Of a stretch of DNA of 64,000 nt, positions 21,746 to 31,704 are shown one piece after another. Both the position numbers and the translations under genes were made by a program. The stretch spans positions 256,001 to 320,000 of the forward strand of contig CAVYRF010000001.1 in the NCBI GenBank assembly GCA_963770895.1, in the 5' to 3' direction. This DNA is from an uncultured Acidobacteriota bacterium (GTDB lineage: Bacteria > Acidobacteriota > Thermoanaerobaculia > Multivoradales > UBA5704). Below the pieces are notes generated by a model, which worked only from the letters and a program-made list of their open reading frames with translations, ran no database searches and had not been told where the DNA came from. Every line of letters begins with the position of its first letter. Within the stretch, counting starts at the first letter, position 1.

Positions 21746-23563
21746 CTATGGGTGCGCCGGCGCCTGCTGCTCCAGCAGCAGCTCGCGGTAGTGGGCGACC
21801 GGCACCGGTCCCTGGCTCATCATGCCGTCCACGAAGCGGCGCACCGAAAACGCCGCGCCGCGCGCCCGCCGCACGTCGTCGTAGAGCGCCTGCACCTGGC
21901 TGTCGCCCAGGTAGTAGGTGGTCAGCTGCGGCGCGCTGGTGATGGCGCGCGTCCATAGATTGCCGGCAAACTGTTCGTCCTGCAGCGCCTGGTCGCGCGC
22001 GAACGCCAGCACCTGGTCGCGCGTCATGCCCTGGGTGTGGACGCGAATGTCGACGATCGTGCGCGCCACGTTTTCGATCTGCTTCTTGAGATGGGCCAGC
22101 CGGTCGAGCGGCCCGCCCCAGCCCTGGTCGAGCGCCAGCCGCTCGCAGAACGTCCCCCAACCCTCGACGTAGGTGTCGTCGGCAAACAGCGCCCGCAGCT
22201 TGTGCGGCTGGTGGGCGGCGATCTTCAGCTGCAGATAGTGGCCGGGCATGATCTCGTGCGCCGTGATCATGACGTTGAAGTGGTGGTTGAAGTCGCGGAA
22301 GAACGCTTCGCGCTGCGCGGCCGGCGCCGCGTCCGCCGGCGTCGGCAGCAGCCACAGCGTCCTGGCGTCCGGCTCGTAGGGGCCCGCCGCGTAGACGCCG
22401 CCGACGCTCTGGCCGAGCAGGTAGGCGGGCGACGGCCCGACTTCCAGGGTCAGGGGGTCGGGCAGCGTCGCCAGGCCGCGGCCGCGCACGAACGCCTCCA
22501 GGTCCCCGACCTGCCGGCGGTAGTCGGCCACCAGCTCGGCGGTGCTGGCGGCGTGATCGGCGGCGACGCGGGCAAACAGCCGCCGCAGCAGCTCCCGGTC
22601 GTCGGCGGGCGGCGCTTCGCCGGGCAGCACGTCCTGCCACACGCGGCGCCCGTAGCGGGCGGCGGCGCCGCGCACGGCGGCGAAATCCGTCAGCGCGCGG
22701 GACAGGACGGCGCCGACCGGCTCCTCGACGCCGGTGCCCAGGCGGAACGTCTCGGGGTACAGCTCGCCCAGGCGCGGCGAGCCGCCGGCGCGCGCCGCGA
22801 GCTGGTCGAGAAACGCGGCCAGGTCGTCCAGCGCCGCCGCCGCCGGCCCCGCGGCGGCGCGGGCCGCCTGCGCCGCGGGCGCCTCGCCGGCCGCCCAGGC
22901 GACAAAGCCGGCGCGGTAGGAGGCGGCGGTGGCGCGCGCCTGCTCGGCGGCGAGCCGCGCCAGCTCGGGCGACACCTCCTGCGGCGCGGTGGCGGCCAGG
23001 GCCTGGCGCGCCTGGGCGGCGAGGCGCGGCAGCTGGCTCACCCGCGCGGCGGCGGCGACCCACCGCTCGGGCAGCGGGCGCTCCTGGCGCAGCATGAGGA
23101 ACAGCACGGCGTTGCCCAGCCGGTCGGTCCAGAACAGCGGGTCGCGCTCGGCGCGGCGGCGCACCGCCAGGTCGTGGATCTCGCGGCGGGCGCGGCGCTG
23201 CAGCAGCTCCAGGTCCAGCCGCTCGTCGCGCCTGCCGGCGCGGTCGGCCGGCTCGCTGGCCAGCTCGGCGGCGCGGCGCGCGACCTGGCGGTTGTAGGCG
23301 ATCCAGGCGGCGCGGCGGCCGGCGGACAGATCCTCCAGCTCGGCGTCCAGGTCGTGGCGCCCGGCGGCGGTCGCCTCGCTCGGGTAGATCGCCAGATAGC
23401 GGTCCAGGTATTGCTGCACCAGGGCCGCGGCATCGCCGGCGGCCGGTGGCGATGCCGGTGCCGGTGCTGGCGCCGGCGGCGGAGCCGGGGGCGCGGCGGG
23501 GAGGACCGTCAAGGCGCCGCCCAGCGCCGCCACAAGGGAGAGCGCGACCACGATTCGAGTCAT
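21746..23563 (-). CDS. DUF885 family secreted protein
   Basis: Signal peptide MTRIVVALSLV; AHEIMPGHYLQ, YVEGWG, QLTTYYLG. Confidence 0.88.
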   Translation of the reverse strand: MTRIVVALSLVAALGGALTVLPAAPPAPPPAPAPAPASPPAAGDAAALVQQYLDRYLAIYPSEATAAGRHDLDAELEDLSAGRRAAWIAYNRQVARRAAELASEPADRAGRRDERLDLELLQRRARREIHDLAVRRRAERDPLFWTDRLGNAVLFLMLRQERPLPERWVAAAARVSQLPRLAAQARQALAATAPQEVSPELARLAAEQARATAASYRAGFVAWAAGEAPAAQAARAAAGPAAAALDDLAAFLDQLAARAGGSPRLGELYPETFRLGTGVEEPVGAVLSRALTDFAAVRGAAARYGRRVWQDVLPGEAPPADDRELLRRLFARVAADHAASTAELVADYRRQVGDLEAFVRGRGLATLPDPLTLEVGPSPAYLLGQSVGGVYAAGPYEPDARTLWLLPTPADAAPAAQREAFFRDFNHHFNVMITAHEIMPGHYLQLKIAAHQPHKLRALFADDTYVEGWGTFCERLALDQGWGGPLDRLAHLKKQIENVARTIVDIRVHTQGMTRDQVLAFARDQALQDEQFAGNLWTRAITSAPQLTTYYLGDSQVQALYDDVRRARGAAFSVRRFVDGMMSQGPVPVAHYRELLLEQQAPAHP

Positions 23564-23755
23564 AGGTGGATCGCGATTATGCCTCATCTTGCCTAATTCG
23601 CGGCCGCATTTCCGGCCGCCCTGGGCGGCGCCGCCGGCCCGCTGCCGGCGGCCGGCCGGTGTGTCCCCAAGCCGCGGCGGCGCGGCACTATAGGGGTGTG
23701 TATGGCGTCCAGGATCGAGGTGTGTCCGTGTCGAGCGTAGCGCTGCTGGAGCCCT

Positions 23756-25054
23756 ATGGAAGCGAGTGACGTCCAGCCCCTTGCCGCCGTCGAGAGCCCG
23801 CCCGCCGCCGCCCCGACCCGGCTGTTCAATCGCAATTTCGTGCTGCTGTGGCAGGGCCAGATGGTCAGCCAGCTGGGCAACCAGGCTTTTGCCATCGCCA
23901 TGGCGTACTGGACCCTGGAGGCGACGGGCTCGGCGAGCCTGATGGGGTTGCTGCTGGCGACCATGAACCTGCCGACCTTCCTGCTGGCGCCCTTGGGCGG
24001 CGCCTTCGCGGACCGCTACTCGCGCATCCGCGTGCTGATCGTCTGCGACCTGGTGGCCGGCGGCGCCATGGCACTGCAGGCGCTGGCCATGATGTCCGGC
24101 CGCTTTTCGCAGCATTTCGTGATCGGGCTGCTGTTCGCGGTGGCGCTGGCGCTCGGCTCGGTCAGCGGCTTTTTCCTGCCCACCTTGTCGTCCACCATCC
24201 CCGACCTGGTGCCGAGCGACAACCTGACCTCGGCCAATTCGCTCAACCAGTTCAGCATCCAGGTGTCCTCCCTGATCGGCCAGGGGATCGGCGGCAACCT
24301 GTTTCAGCTGATGGGGGCGCCGCGGCTGTTCCTGTTCGACGCCCTGTCGTTCCTGTACGCCTCGGGCAGCGAAGCGCTGGTGCGGGTGCCGCCCAAGCCG
24401 CCGCACGAGCGGCTGGGCTTCGCCGCCAGCGTGCGCCAGTTCGCGGGCAACATCCGCGAGGGCATGGCCTACGTGTGGCGCACCCCGGGCCTGCCCGCCT
24501 ACATCGGCGCGCCGTCGTCGTACAACTTCTTTTCGATGGCGATCTTCGTGCTGCTGCCGTTTTTCGTGCGCCAGAACCTGCACGGCGGCGCCGCCTGGTA
24601 CGGCTACCTGCTTGCCACCATCAGCATCGGCATGATCCTGGGCTTCCTGCTGGCCAGCCTGGTGCGCCTCAAGGGCGAAGCGCGCATGCGCTTCATGGTG
24701 GTGATGATCATCATCGCGCCGGTGCCGATGCTGCTGGTCGGCTTCCTGCACAACCGCGGCCTGGCGCTGGCCATCGCCCTCGGCCTGGGCATCTGCCTGG
24801 GGCTGATCAACGTCAACCTGATCACCCTGGTGCAGCATTCGACGCCGCCCGAGCTGCGCGGCCGCGTGATGGGGCTGTGGTCGGCCCTGGCCGGCGGCCT
24901 GGCGCCGCTCGGCGTCGTGCTGGGGGGCATCGCCGGCGACCTGACCCACAAGAACATCCCGCTGGTCTACGGCACCTGCGGCGTGCTGGCGTTTTCGATC
25001 AGCGCCTTCTGCGTCGGCCTGCCCTCCACCCGGCGCTTCCTGGCGCGCGCCTGA
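23756..25054 (+). CDS. MFS transporter (macrolide-efflux/MFS_3-like)
   Basis: NRNFVLLWQGQMVS, GAFADRYSR, PELRGRV; about 12 hydrophobic segments. Confidence 0.9.
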   Translation: MEASDVQPLAAVESPPAAAPTRLFNRNFVLLWQGQMVSQLGNQAFAIAMAYWTLEATGSASLMGLLLATMNLPTFLLAPLGGAFADRYSRIRVLIVCDLVAGGAMALQALAMMSGRFSQHFVIGLLFAVALALGSVSGFFLPTLSSTIPDLVPSDNLTSANSLNQFSIQVSSLIGQGIGGNLFQLMGAPRLFLFDALSFLYASGSEALVRVPPKPPHERLGFAASVRQFAGNIREGMAYVWRTPGLPAYIGAPSSYNFFSMAIFVLLPFFVRQNLHGGAAWYGYLLATISIGMILGFLLASLVRLKGEARMRFMVVMIIIAPVPMLLVGFLHNRGLALAIALGLGICLGLINVNLITLVQHSTPPELRGRVMGLWSALAGGLAPLGVVLGGIAGDLTHKNIPLVYGTCGVLAFSISAFCVGLPSTRRFLARA

Positions 25055-25089
25055 GCCCGCCGCCGGCCGCGGCGCGATAGACTGCCGCG

Positions 25090-25602
25090 ATGACCTGGCA
25101 CCACCTTGCCCGCTGGCATCGCGCTCCAGCTGCGGCGCCGCCCGCCGCCTTGCCGCCGATTGGCCGGCTGGGCTTGCCGGCTTTGATCGCCGCCGCACTG
25201 GCTTTGGCGCTGGCGACCGCCGGCTGCGGCAGCAGTCACTCTTCGCCTGTGGAACCGGTGGGCCAGGACTCCATCCAGATCGCGTCGCTGTCGCCGGCGG
25301 CCGGCACCACCCTCACCGCGGGTACGACCGTCACCTTCAAGGCGGTGCTCAACTTCGGCCTGGCCAGCTCGCCGGGGGGCCTGATCCTGGTCTCGGTCGA
25401 GGATCAGAACGGCCGCGTCCTCAACGCCGGCAACCAGCCGCTCGTCGTCCTGGCCGGGGGCGCCGGCACGGTGACGCTGTCCTTCCAGGGCGCCGTCCCG
25501 GCGACCGGCGTCAGCGTGCTGCAGCTGTCCTTCGCGCTGATGCCGTCCGTACCGCTCCCCACGCCGCCGACCGCCACGGCGGCCTACCCGGTCGTCTCCT
25601 GA
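25090..25602 (+). CDS. Hypothetical lipoprotein (Ig-like)
   Basis: Lipobox TAGC followed by GSSHSSPVEP; beta-rich body; start uncertain. Confidence 0.7.
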   Translation: MTWHHLARWHRAPAAAPPAALPPIGRLGLPALIAAALALALATAGCGSSHSSPVEPVGQDSIQIASLSPAAGTTLTAGTTVTFKAVLNFGLASSPGGLILVSVEDQNGRVLNAGNQPLVVLAGGAGTVTLSFQGAVPATGVSVLQLSFALMPSVPLPTPPTATAAYPVVS

Positions 25603-25633
25603 CCGGTCCGCGGCCGCCGGTCGCGCCGGCCGT

Positions 25634-27307
25634 TCAGCTTTCGCGGTAGTTGAGCAGGACGACGCCGACCAGGATCAGGCAGATCGGCCACACCCACGAC
25701 ATGGCGCGGCGCGGGCCGCTGTCCAGGCGCAGCTCCAGCCAGCGCGACCAGCCGGCGGCGACGCCCAGGATGGCGATCGCGACGTGGCTCAGCTCGGCCA
25801 GCAGCTCTTCCTTGGGATTGTTGAGCGAATGGCTGTGGGTCAAAAGCAGCGCGCCGCCCAGGAAGCAGACGAAGGGGAAGACCAGCGCCGTCGCCGGCCG
25901 GGTGGCGCGCCCCATCTGAACCTGGCGCTCGAAGACCGCGAACGCGACGATGAGCAGCACCGCCAGGCGGTGCTGCAACGCCTCCGACACCAGGAAGCCG
26001 CGCCAGAAGGGGATCGGCCCGATCGGCCAGTACTCGGTGTCGGCCAGCAGGAACAGGAAGACGGCGAGCAGCAGGAAGGCGAACGGCCAGTTGCGCGCCC
26101 ACGACCAGCCGGCGCGGGCGGCCACGGCCAGCAGGCCGGCGAGCAGCACCGCCAATCCCGACATGTTGTGGTTGAACTCGGATACCGCGATGTCCGCCGG
26201 CGTGCTGGGCGTCGGCACCTGGCCGGGCACGAACGTGGTGTAAGAGTCGGGTAGCCGCCCGGCATTGGCCGCGGCGGCGGCACGCACCTGGGAGGGCAGC
26301 AGGTCCGTCGCCGCCGGCGGCATCAGGTGCGGCGCGCGCGGCGTAAAGCGCTGGACGATCTGGTGCGGCGTCACCAGCAGGTCGTGCGGCAGGTCGGCGG
26401 CCGGCGGCTGCGAGGTGAGGGACGCGGCGGCCAGGACCACCGTGAAGCCGATCCCCACCTCCGCCTCGGCGAAGCGGCGCAGGCGCAGCAGCAGCGACCG
26501 GTCCTCTCGCTCGACGCCGTGGACGATCGAGTAGTTGAGCGCCCCCAGGCCCAGCAGCAGTCCGAGCAGCGCGATCTTGGCGCCGACCATGGCGCCGTAG
26601 GCGGTGCCCACCGCGGCGTCGGGCCGCGCGACGTAGATCAGCGTCAAGCCGATGCCGGCGCCCACCAGCGCTGCGACGCTCGCCTGGGCCAGGCGCGAAA
26701 AGCGGTGGCCGATCGCCTTGGCGGCGTCGCCGGGAGAGCGGGGCAGGGCGAGCAGCAGGTAGGGCAGGCCGCCGATCCAGCAGGCGGTGGCGGCCTGGTG
26801 CAGGGCGGTCAGCGCGATGGGCAGGATGCGGTCGTCCAGCCGCGCTGCCGCGTGGCTGGTGGCGACCGAGGCGGCCAGGATGCCGAGCCCGAGAGGCACC
26901 GTCGCCAGGAGCGCCGGCGCCGGCCGCCACCGCCCGCCCGCTTCCCCGGACTCCGCCCGCGCCCCCACCGGCGAGGCCGCGGCAAGGACGGCGATGGCCA
27001 GCGCCAGGCCGCAGGCCACGGCGCCGGCGACGAAGAAGTTGGCGCCCGCCACCTCGCCCAGGCGCAGGTTGGCGGTGCCCATCAGCAGCGCCGAGTCCGC
27101 CGCCACGTAGCAGGCCTCGATCAGCGCCAGGGCGGCGGCGGCGCCGACCAGCAGCCGGCGGCAGGCGCGGGCGGCCGCGGCGCTGCCGGCGCCGCGATCC
27201 ACCAGCAGCGCAAAGACGATGCCGCCGCCGACCATCGACTGGAGCGCGAGCGTCAGGCCGCGCAGCACGACCGAAAGGAAACCGAAGATGTCGAGCAGTT
27301 GGGTCAT
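25634..27307 (-). CDS. copD: CopD family copper-uptake membrane protein with extended His-containing C-terminal TM domain
   Basis: TSHAAAR, LHQAATACWIGGL, TAYG..KIAL, SEFNH, QHR, THSH; adjacent copC. Confidence 0.85.
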   Translation of the reverse strand: MTQLLDIFGFLSVVLRGLTLALQSMVGGGIVFALLVDRGAGSAAAARACRRLLVGAAAALALIEACYVAADSALLMGTANLRLGEVAGANFFVAGAVACGLALAIAVLAAASPVGARAESGEAGGRWRPAPALLATVPLGLGILAASVATSHAAARLDDRILPIALTALHQAATACWIGGLPYLLLALPRSPGDAAKAIGHRFSRLAQASVAALVGAGIGLTLIYVARPDAAVGTAYGAMVGAKIALLGLLLGLGALNYSIVHGVEREDRSLLLRLRRFAEAEVGIGFTVVLAAASLTSQPPAADLPHDLLVTPHQIVQRFTPRAPHLMPPAATDLLPSQVRAAAAANAGRLPDSYTTFVPGQVPTPSTPADIAVSEFNHNMSGLAVLLAGLLAVAARAGWSWARNWPFAFLLLAVFLFLLADTEYWPIGPIPFWRGFLVSEALQHRLAVLLIVAFAVFERQVQMGRATRPATALVFPFVCFLGGALLLTHSHSLNNPKEELLAELSHVAIAILGVAAGWSRWLELRLDSGPRRAMSWVWPICLILVGVVLLNYRES

Positions 27308-27398
27308 GGGAAGGCGGGGCGTGGGGGGGCCGACGGACCCCCCGTTCGCGCCGGCGGCGCGGCCTGGTCAGACCGGGGCCGCGCACCGCGGCGTGCGG

Positions 27399-27779
27399 CT
27401 ATTTGACGGTGAAGGGCACCTCGCCGTTGGTGATGTGGCCGTCGGCGGCGAGCACCTGCCAGCGCAGGCGCCAGGCGCCGGGAGCCAGGCCGGCCGCCTT
27501 GGCGGTCAGCACGCTGGGCTCCTTCTGGGCATCCAGGGCGACGGCGCTCTCCTTGCCGTTCGGCGCCACCAGCGACAGGTGGGAGCGGGCGCCGTCGATG
27601 CGCGAGTTGAAGTGCAGCACGACAGGGACGTCCGGGCCGGCGACCGTGGACTTGGCGGCAGGGCTGGCCTTGACCAGGATGGCGTGGGCCAGCGCCGCGG
27701 AGGCGCCGGCCAGCAGCAGGGCGATTCCCAGGGCGGCCGCGATTCCCCGGCGGCGAACTGGAACTGGACGGGATCTCAT
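27399..27779 (-). CDS. copC: Periplasmic copper chaperone CopC
   Basis: Signal peptide ending ALA, mature N-terminal HAILVKASP, WQVLAADGH. Confidence 0.92.
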   Translation of the reverse strand: MRSRPVPVRRRGIAAALGIALLLAGASAALAHAILVKASPAAKSTVAGPDVPVVLHFNSRIDGARSHLSLVAPNGKESAVALDAQKEPSVLTAKAAGLAPGAWRLRWQVLAADGHITNGEVPFTVK

Positions 27780-27917
27780 CGAAAAATCTCCTCCTTGCCT
27801 CATCGCGGCGAGGGTAGCACAGCCGCGCCCGCAGGCGCGCCGGGCGGCGCACGCCGGCTCGCGGCGAGCGTCGCCGGTCGCTGCCGGCGGCAGCGGAGGC
27901 GGACGCGGACAGGGATG

Positions 27918-27933
27918 CGGAATGGAATTTGCA
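27918..27933 (+). promoter_or_regulatory. Possible sigma54 promoter
   Basis: CGGAATGGAATTTGCA, GG-N10-GC spacing. Confidence 0.4.
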
Positions 27934-28014
27934 GGGTCATCCGGACGTGGTGGAGGGGCGCGCCACAAGGGCTCGCCGCCGCCGCTCAAAACCGAGATCA
28001 AGGAGGACGTTACG

Positions 28015-28458
28015 ATGAATGTTCGACGCCTGGCTGTGCAACTCACCATGGCTTTTGTGCTGGTCGCCGTCGCGGCGCCGGCGAGCGCTCTGACCAAGTG
28101 CACGATGCGCTTCGACCTCAAGGAGTGGTCGGCGTTTTACAAGAAGGCCGACGGCCGCGGCACCATCGCCTGCGACAACGGTCAGACCGCCAAGGTCATC
28201 CTCGACGCCCGCGGCGGCGGCCTGAGCGCCGGCAAGGGTGAGATCCGCGACGGCAAGGGCACCTTCTCCGACGTGGCCGACATCCACGAGCTGTTCGGCG
28301 CCTATGCCGCCGCCGACGCCACCGCCGGCGCGGTCAAGAGCGCCGGAGCCAGCGGCCTCACCAAGGGTCCGGTTTCCCTGGGCCTGGACGGCAAGGGCAC
28401 CGGCTGGGAGATCGGCATCTCCTTCGGCAAGTTCACCATCACGCCCGTCGCCCCGTAA
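28015..28458 (+). CDS. Secreted hypothetical protein (DUF992/EipA-like beta protein)
   Basis: AAGGAGG RBS, signal peptide, C..F.LK.WS.FYK...G.GTI.CDNGQ. Confidence 0.75.
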   Translation: MNVRRLAVQLTMAFVLVAVAAPASALTKCTMRFDLKEWSAFYKKADGRGTIACDNGQTAKVILDARGGGLSAGKGEIRDGKGTFSDVADIHELFGAYAAADATAGAVKSAGASGLTKGPVSLGLDGKGTGWEIGISFGKFTITPVAP

Positions 28459-28538
28459 CGGCTTCCGTCCCGTCGGATAAGCCCGCCGCCGGCTTGCCAG
28501 GCGCGGCGGCGGGCGCCGGGCACCCGCGCCCCACCCTC

Positions 28539-29099
28539 CTACACCGGCAGGTGAAAGAAGGCCCTCAGCAGCGCCAGGATCTCGTCGAGGTTTTGGCGCC
28601 GGAACTCCCGCCGATACCCTTCCTGCAGCAGCTCGCTGCCGTGGCGCTTCTCCGCATCGGACAGCGCGGCAAAGGAACGGCCGTCCAGAAACTGAGTGAG
28701 CGTCCGCTCGGCGGCCTGACCGCGACCGGACCACCACACCTGCAGGTGATCGCCCAGGTAGAAGGCGTAGACCGGGATGCGCCGCCGGTCGCCCATCCAC
28801 AGGAAGCTGTCCATCAGCTCGGGAACCGTGTCGCGGGCGAAGATCCCCAGCTCCCAGCCCGGCAGCTGCTCGACGATGCGCGCCCAGGTGGGCAGGGTGT
28901 GGAACACGTCCGGGCACCAGTCTTCGGCGATCGCCACCAGCCGCAGCGGCGGCAGCTGGCGCAGCGCTTCCAGGTCCGCGGGCCCGTGGCTGGGGGCGGC
29001 GTAGACCTCGGCGAACATTTCGCGGTTCTGGCTCACCGTCTGCAGATAGGCGGCGTAGGAAAGGCGGCGCCGCCACAGGTCTCTGGGCAGGGGGTTCAT
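28539..29099 (-). CDS. Thioredoxin-fold protein (Thioredoxin_9-like, monothiol WCPDV)
   Basis: AIAEDWCPDV, RRIPVY cis-Pro motif. Confidence 0.8.
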   Translation of the reverse strand: MNPLPRDLWRRRLSYAAYLQTVSQNREMFAEVYAAPSHGPADLEALRQLPPLRLVAIAEDWCPDVFHTLPTWARIVEQLPGWELGIFARDTVPELMDSFLWMGDRRRIPVYAFYLGDHLQVWWSGRGQAAERTLTQFLDGRSFAALSDAEKRHGSELLQEGYRREFRRQNLDEILALLRAFFHLPV

Positions 29100-29272
29100 G
29101 GGCGAAACATAGCGCGATTCGCGGCCCCCGCGCCGCGCTGCCGCTTCCGTCCTTGCCGCCGCGCGCCGCGCGGCGGCCGGCGACCCGCCCGCGGCGAGGG
29201 CGGGCCGCCAGAACCCCAGCTTGATACCTAGCACGTCTATTCATACGGAAGGCACGCCCGCAACGTCCAAGC

Positions 29273-29953
29273 TCACTGCTCGCGAGCGAACGCCGCCACC
29301 TTGGCCAGGCGGTCTTCGGCGGCCGTCAGGTTGTGGCCCGCCAGGCCGCGCACCACTCGCCGCAGGCGCGGCGAGCGCTCAAAGAGAGGCGCCAGGCGGC
29401 GGCAGAGCGCGACCACCGCGACGCCCAGGGCCATCGTGCCCAGGAGCGTCACCAGCAGGTCGCTGCCGCTCATGTGCGCGTACAGATCGACGCCGAACCA
29501 CGCCCGCAGGGCGACGATGCCGAACGGCACGCACCAGACCGGCACGCCGAACAGGAACAGCAGCTGCAGCGACCGCTCCGCCAGGGCGCGCAGGGCGGCC
29601 AGCCGGCGCTGGATCTCGACGACCGGCGCGTCCAGCTCGATCGCCGCCGCCTGGACCAGCTGCGCGACCTCGGACGCCAGGGCGCCGATCAGCCACAGGT
29701 GGAGCGCCAGCGCCGGCGCCAGGAAGCGCGGCTGGGACAGGTGGGAGTGGATGAACGTCCCCGTCCCCAGCAGGCAGAGCGCGGCCAGCAGCAGGTTGAA
29801 CCAGGCGCCGGCGCGCAGCCAGCGCAGCGACGAGCGCGGCGCCGCCATCGCGGCGTGCTGCCAGATCTGCCGGTTGAGGCGCAGCACTTCGTCGATGCGC
29901 CGGTCCGCGGCCAGCCAGCGTTGCTGCAGATCGTCCAGGTCGTCGACAGTCAT
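29273..29953 (-). CDS. Multi-TM membrane protein, probable anti-sigma factor
   Basis: DDLQQRW N-terminus, 4 hydrophobic segments, directly downstream of the ECF sigma. Confidence 0.75.
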   Translation of the reverse strand: MTVDDLDDLQQRWLAADRRIDEVLRLNRQIWQHAAMAAPRSSLRWLRAGAWFNLLLAALCLLGTGTFIHSHLSQPRFLAPALALHLWLIGALASEVAQLVQAAAIELDAPVVEIQRRLAALRALAERSLQLLFLFGVPVWCVPFGIVALRAWFGVDLYAHMSGSDLLVTLLGTMALGVAVVALCRRLAPLFERSPRLRRVVRGLAGHNLTAAEDRLAKVAAFAREQ

Positions 29954-29965
29954 CTCCGGGTCTCC

Positions 29966-30523
29966 TTATCCGATGCGCCCGGCGGTGCGGAAGCACTCGC
30001 GCAGGCGGATCTTCAGGCGGCCGAGCTTGGTCGCCGCGTTGGTGGTGGTGATGCCGAGCACGCCGCCGATCTCCTGGTGGCTCTGGCCGTCCAGGTACAG
30101 CATCAGCAGCGCCCGGTCGAGCTCGTCGAAATGCGCGATGCAGCGGTAGAGCAGCGCGACGTCCGGGTCCTCGCCGTCCGCCGCCGCCAGGCCGCCGGCG
30201 ACCTGCAGGATCTCGTCGCCGGCCGCGACCAGGTGGCGCGTCTGGGTGCGCTCGCGGCGCTGCCACGAGATCGCCACGTTGAGCGCGATGCGGTACATCC
30301 AGGTGGACGCCTTGTGGCGATCGTCGAAGCGCGGAAAGGCCCGCCACAGCTGCACCACGATCTCCTGCACCAGGTCCTCGCGGTCGGCGCCCGAGCGCCC
30401 GTACAGGCGCGCCACCTTGTAGAGCAGCCGGCGGTGGGCCTGCAGCAGGTCCAGGAACCTGGTTTGCGCCGGGGAGGTCGCGGTGTCTGCGGCTGCGGCA
30501 GCGGGGGAGGGAGGAGCGTTCAC
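29966..30523 (-). CDS. ECF-family RNA polymerase sigma factor
   Basis: EDLVQEI, STWMYRIALNVA, YLDGQSHQEIGGVLGI. Confidence 0.93.
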   Translation of the reverse strand: MNAPPSPAAAAADTATSPAQTRFLDLLQAHRRLLYKVARLYGRSGADREDLVQEIVVQLWRAFPRFDDRHKASTWMYRIALNVAISWQRRERTQTRHLVAAGDEILQVAGGLAAADGEDPDVALLYRCIAHFDELDRALLMLYLDGQSHQEIGGVLGITTTNAATKLGRLKIRLRECFRTAGRIG

Positions 30524-30530
30524 ACCCTGA

Positions 30531-30559
30531 TTATTCGCGCCAGGGGCGAAAACATCACA
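30531..30559 (-). promoter_or_regulatory. Probable autoregulatory ECF promoter giving a near-leaderless transcript
   Basis: TGTGAT-N16-CGAATA, ending 8 nt before the GTG start; no RBS. Confidence 0.5.
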
Positions 30560-30632
30560 CTGGATGGCGCGGTGCCGGCGGGACGGTGCGGCGCGCGGCG
30601 GCCGACGCGCCGCGCGCCGGGGAGGGCCGGGT

Positions 30633-31526
30633 TCAGAGGGCGCGCAGCTTCTCCATGTTCTTCCAGCCGCTGTCGCCCGAGATGGCGACGATCGTGCCGT
30701 CGATGCCCAGCTGCTGCGCCGTGCACACGGCCGCCTGCACCACGCCGCCGGTCTGGATGCCGACGAAGAGGCCGCGGTCGCGCAGCGCCAGGGTGCGTGC
30801 GGCCGCCTGCGCGAATTCGATGCGCGCCACGTGGTCGAAATAGCGGTCGTAGCCCAACTGGATGAACGGGGTGATGTAGTCGCCTTCGTCGAACGAACCG
30901 GTGCCGGGCAGGCGGGTGCCCACCGCGGACTGCACGGCCACCACGACCACGCCGGGCCGCTTCTCCTTGAGAAACTGCGCCGTTCCCAAAAGCGTGCCGC
31001 CGGTGCCGAGCGAGCCCACCACCATCGCCACGTCGGGGAAGTCGCTCAGGATCTCGGGGCCCGTCGTCTCGTAGTGGGCGCGCGGATTGGCCCACGAATG
31101 CAGCTGGTCCAGGAAGCAGTAGCGGTCGGGGGCGGCGGCGGCGATGTCGCGGCAGGCGCGGCTGCCCTCGATGGTGAACTCGCCCATGGTGTCCAACTGA
31201 GCGCCGTAGTAGCACATGAAACCGCGCTTGTCGTCGGTGAGCTTCGAGCTGGAGATGATCTTCACCGGATGGCCCAACAGCCGGCCGAAGTAGGCGATGG
31301 CGCAGCCCATGTTGCCGCTCGACGCGTCGATCAGCGTGCGTCCGGGCGACAGCGATCCCGCTTGCAGGTTCTCCTGCAGCAGCTTGACGCAGGCTCGGTC
31401 TTTGACGCTGCCGGTCGGGTTGGTCCCCTCCATCTTGACGAACAGATCGCCAACGGCCAGGTCGGGACAGGGCATTCTGAGGTGAGGCGTCTTGCCGACC
31501 ATCGCCCAAACGTCTTCGCAGCGCAT
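30633..31526 (-). CDS. PLP-dependent cysteine synthase family enzyme (divergent)
   Basis: VGKTP, KMEGTNPTGSVKDR, ASSGNMG, HYETTGPEI, GTGGT, DSGWK. Confidence 0.88.
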   Translation of the reverse strand: MRCEDVWAMVGKTPHLRMPCPDLAVGDLFVKMEGTNPTGSVKDRACVKLLQENLQAGSLSPGRTLIDASSGNMGCAIAYFGRLLGHPVKIISSSKLTDDKRGFMCYYGAQLDTMGEFTIEGSRACRDIAAAAPDRYCFLDQLHSWANPRAHYETTGPEILSDFPDVAMVVGSLGTGGTLLGTAQFLKEKRPGVVVVAVQSAVGTRLPGTGSFDEGDYITPFIQLGYDRYFDHVARIEFAQAAARTLALRDRGLFVGIQTGGVVQAAVCTAQQLGIDGTIVAISGDSGWKNMEKLRAL

Positions 31527-31564
31527 GCAAAGCCCCCTTTCAGCTGTGGAAGTGCGCGCCGGTC

Positions 31565-31595
31565 TTGCAACCGGGCTGGAACCGCCCGGTTGCAA
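31565..31595. promoter_or_regulatory. Perfect 12-bp inverted repeat between divergent genes
   Basis: TTGCAACCGGGC-TGGAACC-GCCCGGTTGCAA. Confidence 0.6.
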
Positions 31596-31704
31596 TCCAA
31601 ACAATAGATGTGCCGTGCCGGACCGATCCGGGTCTATGCTCGGCTCGGCATCGCGCTGCAGAGCCGCGACTGCCGGTCCTGCAGGGACAGGGGGTATCGC
31701 TCCA

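Noticed and set aside
23564-25198. N-terminal ~540 aa of the 1150-aa ORF
   Set aside because: Shadow of the MFS gene; the DUF885 protein starts with a signal peptide at 23563
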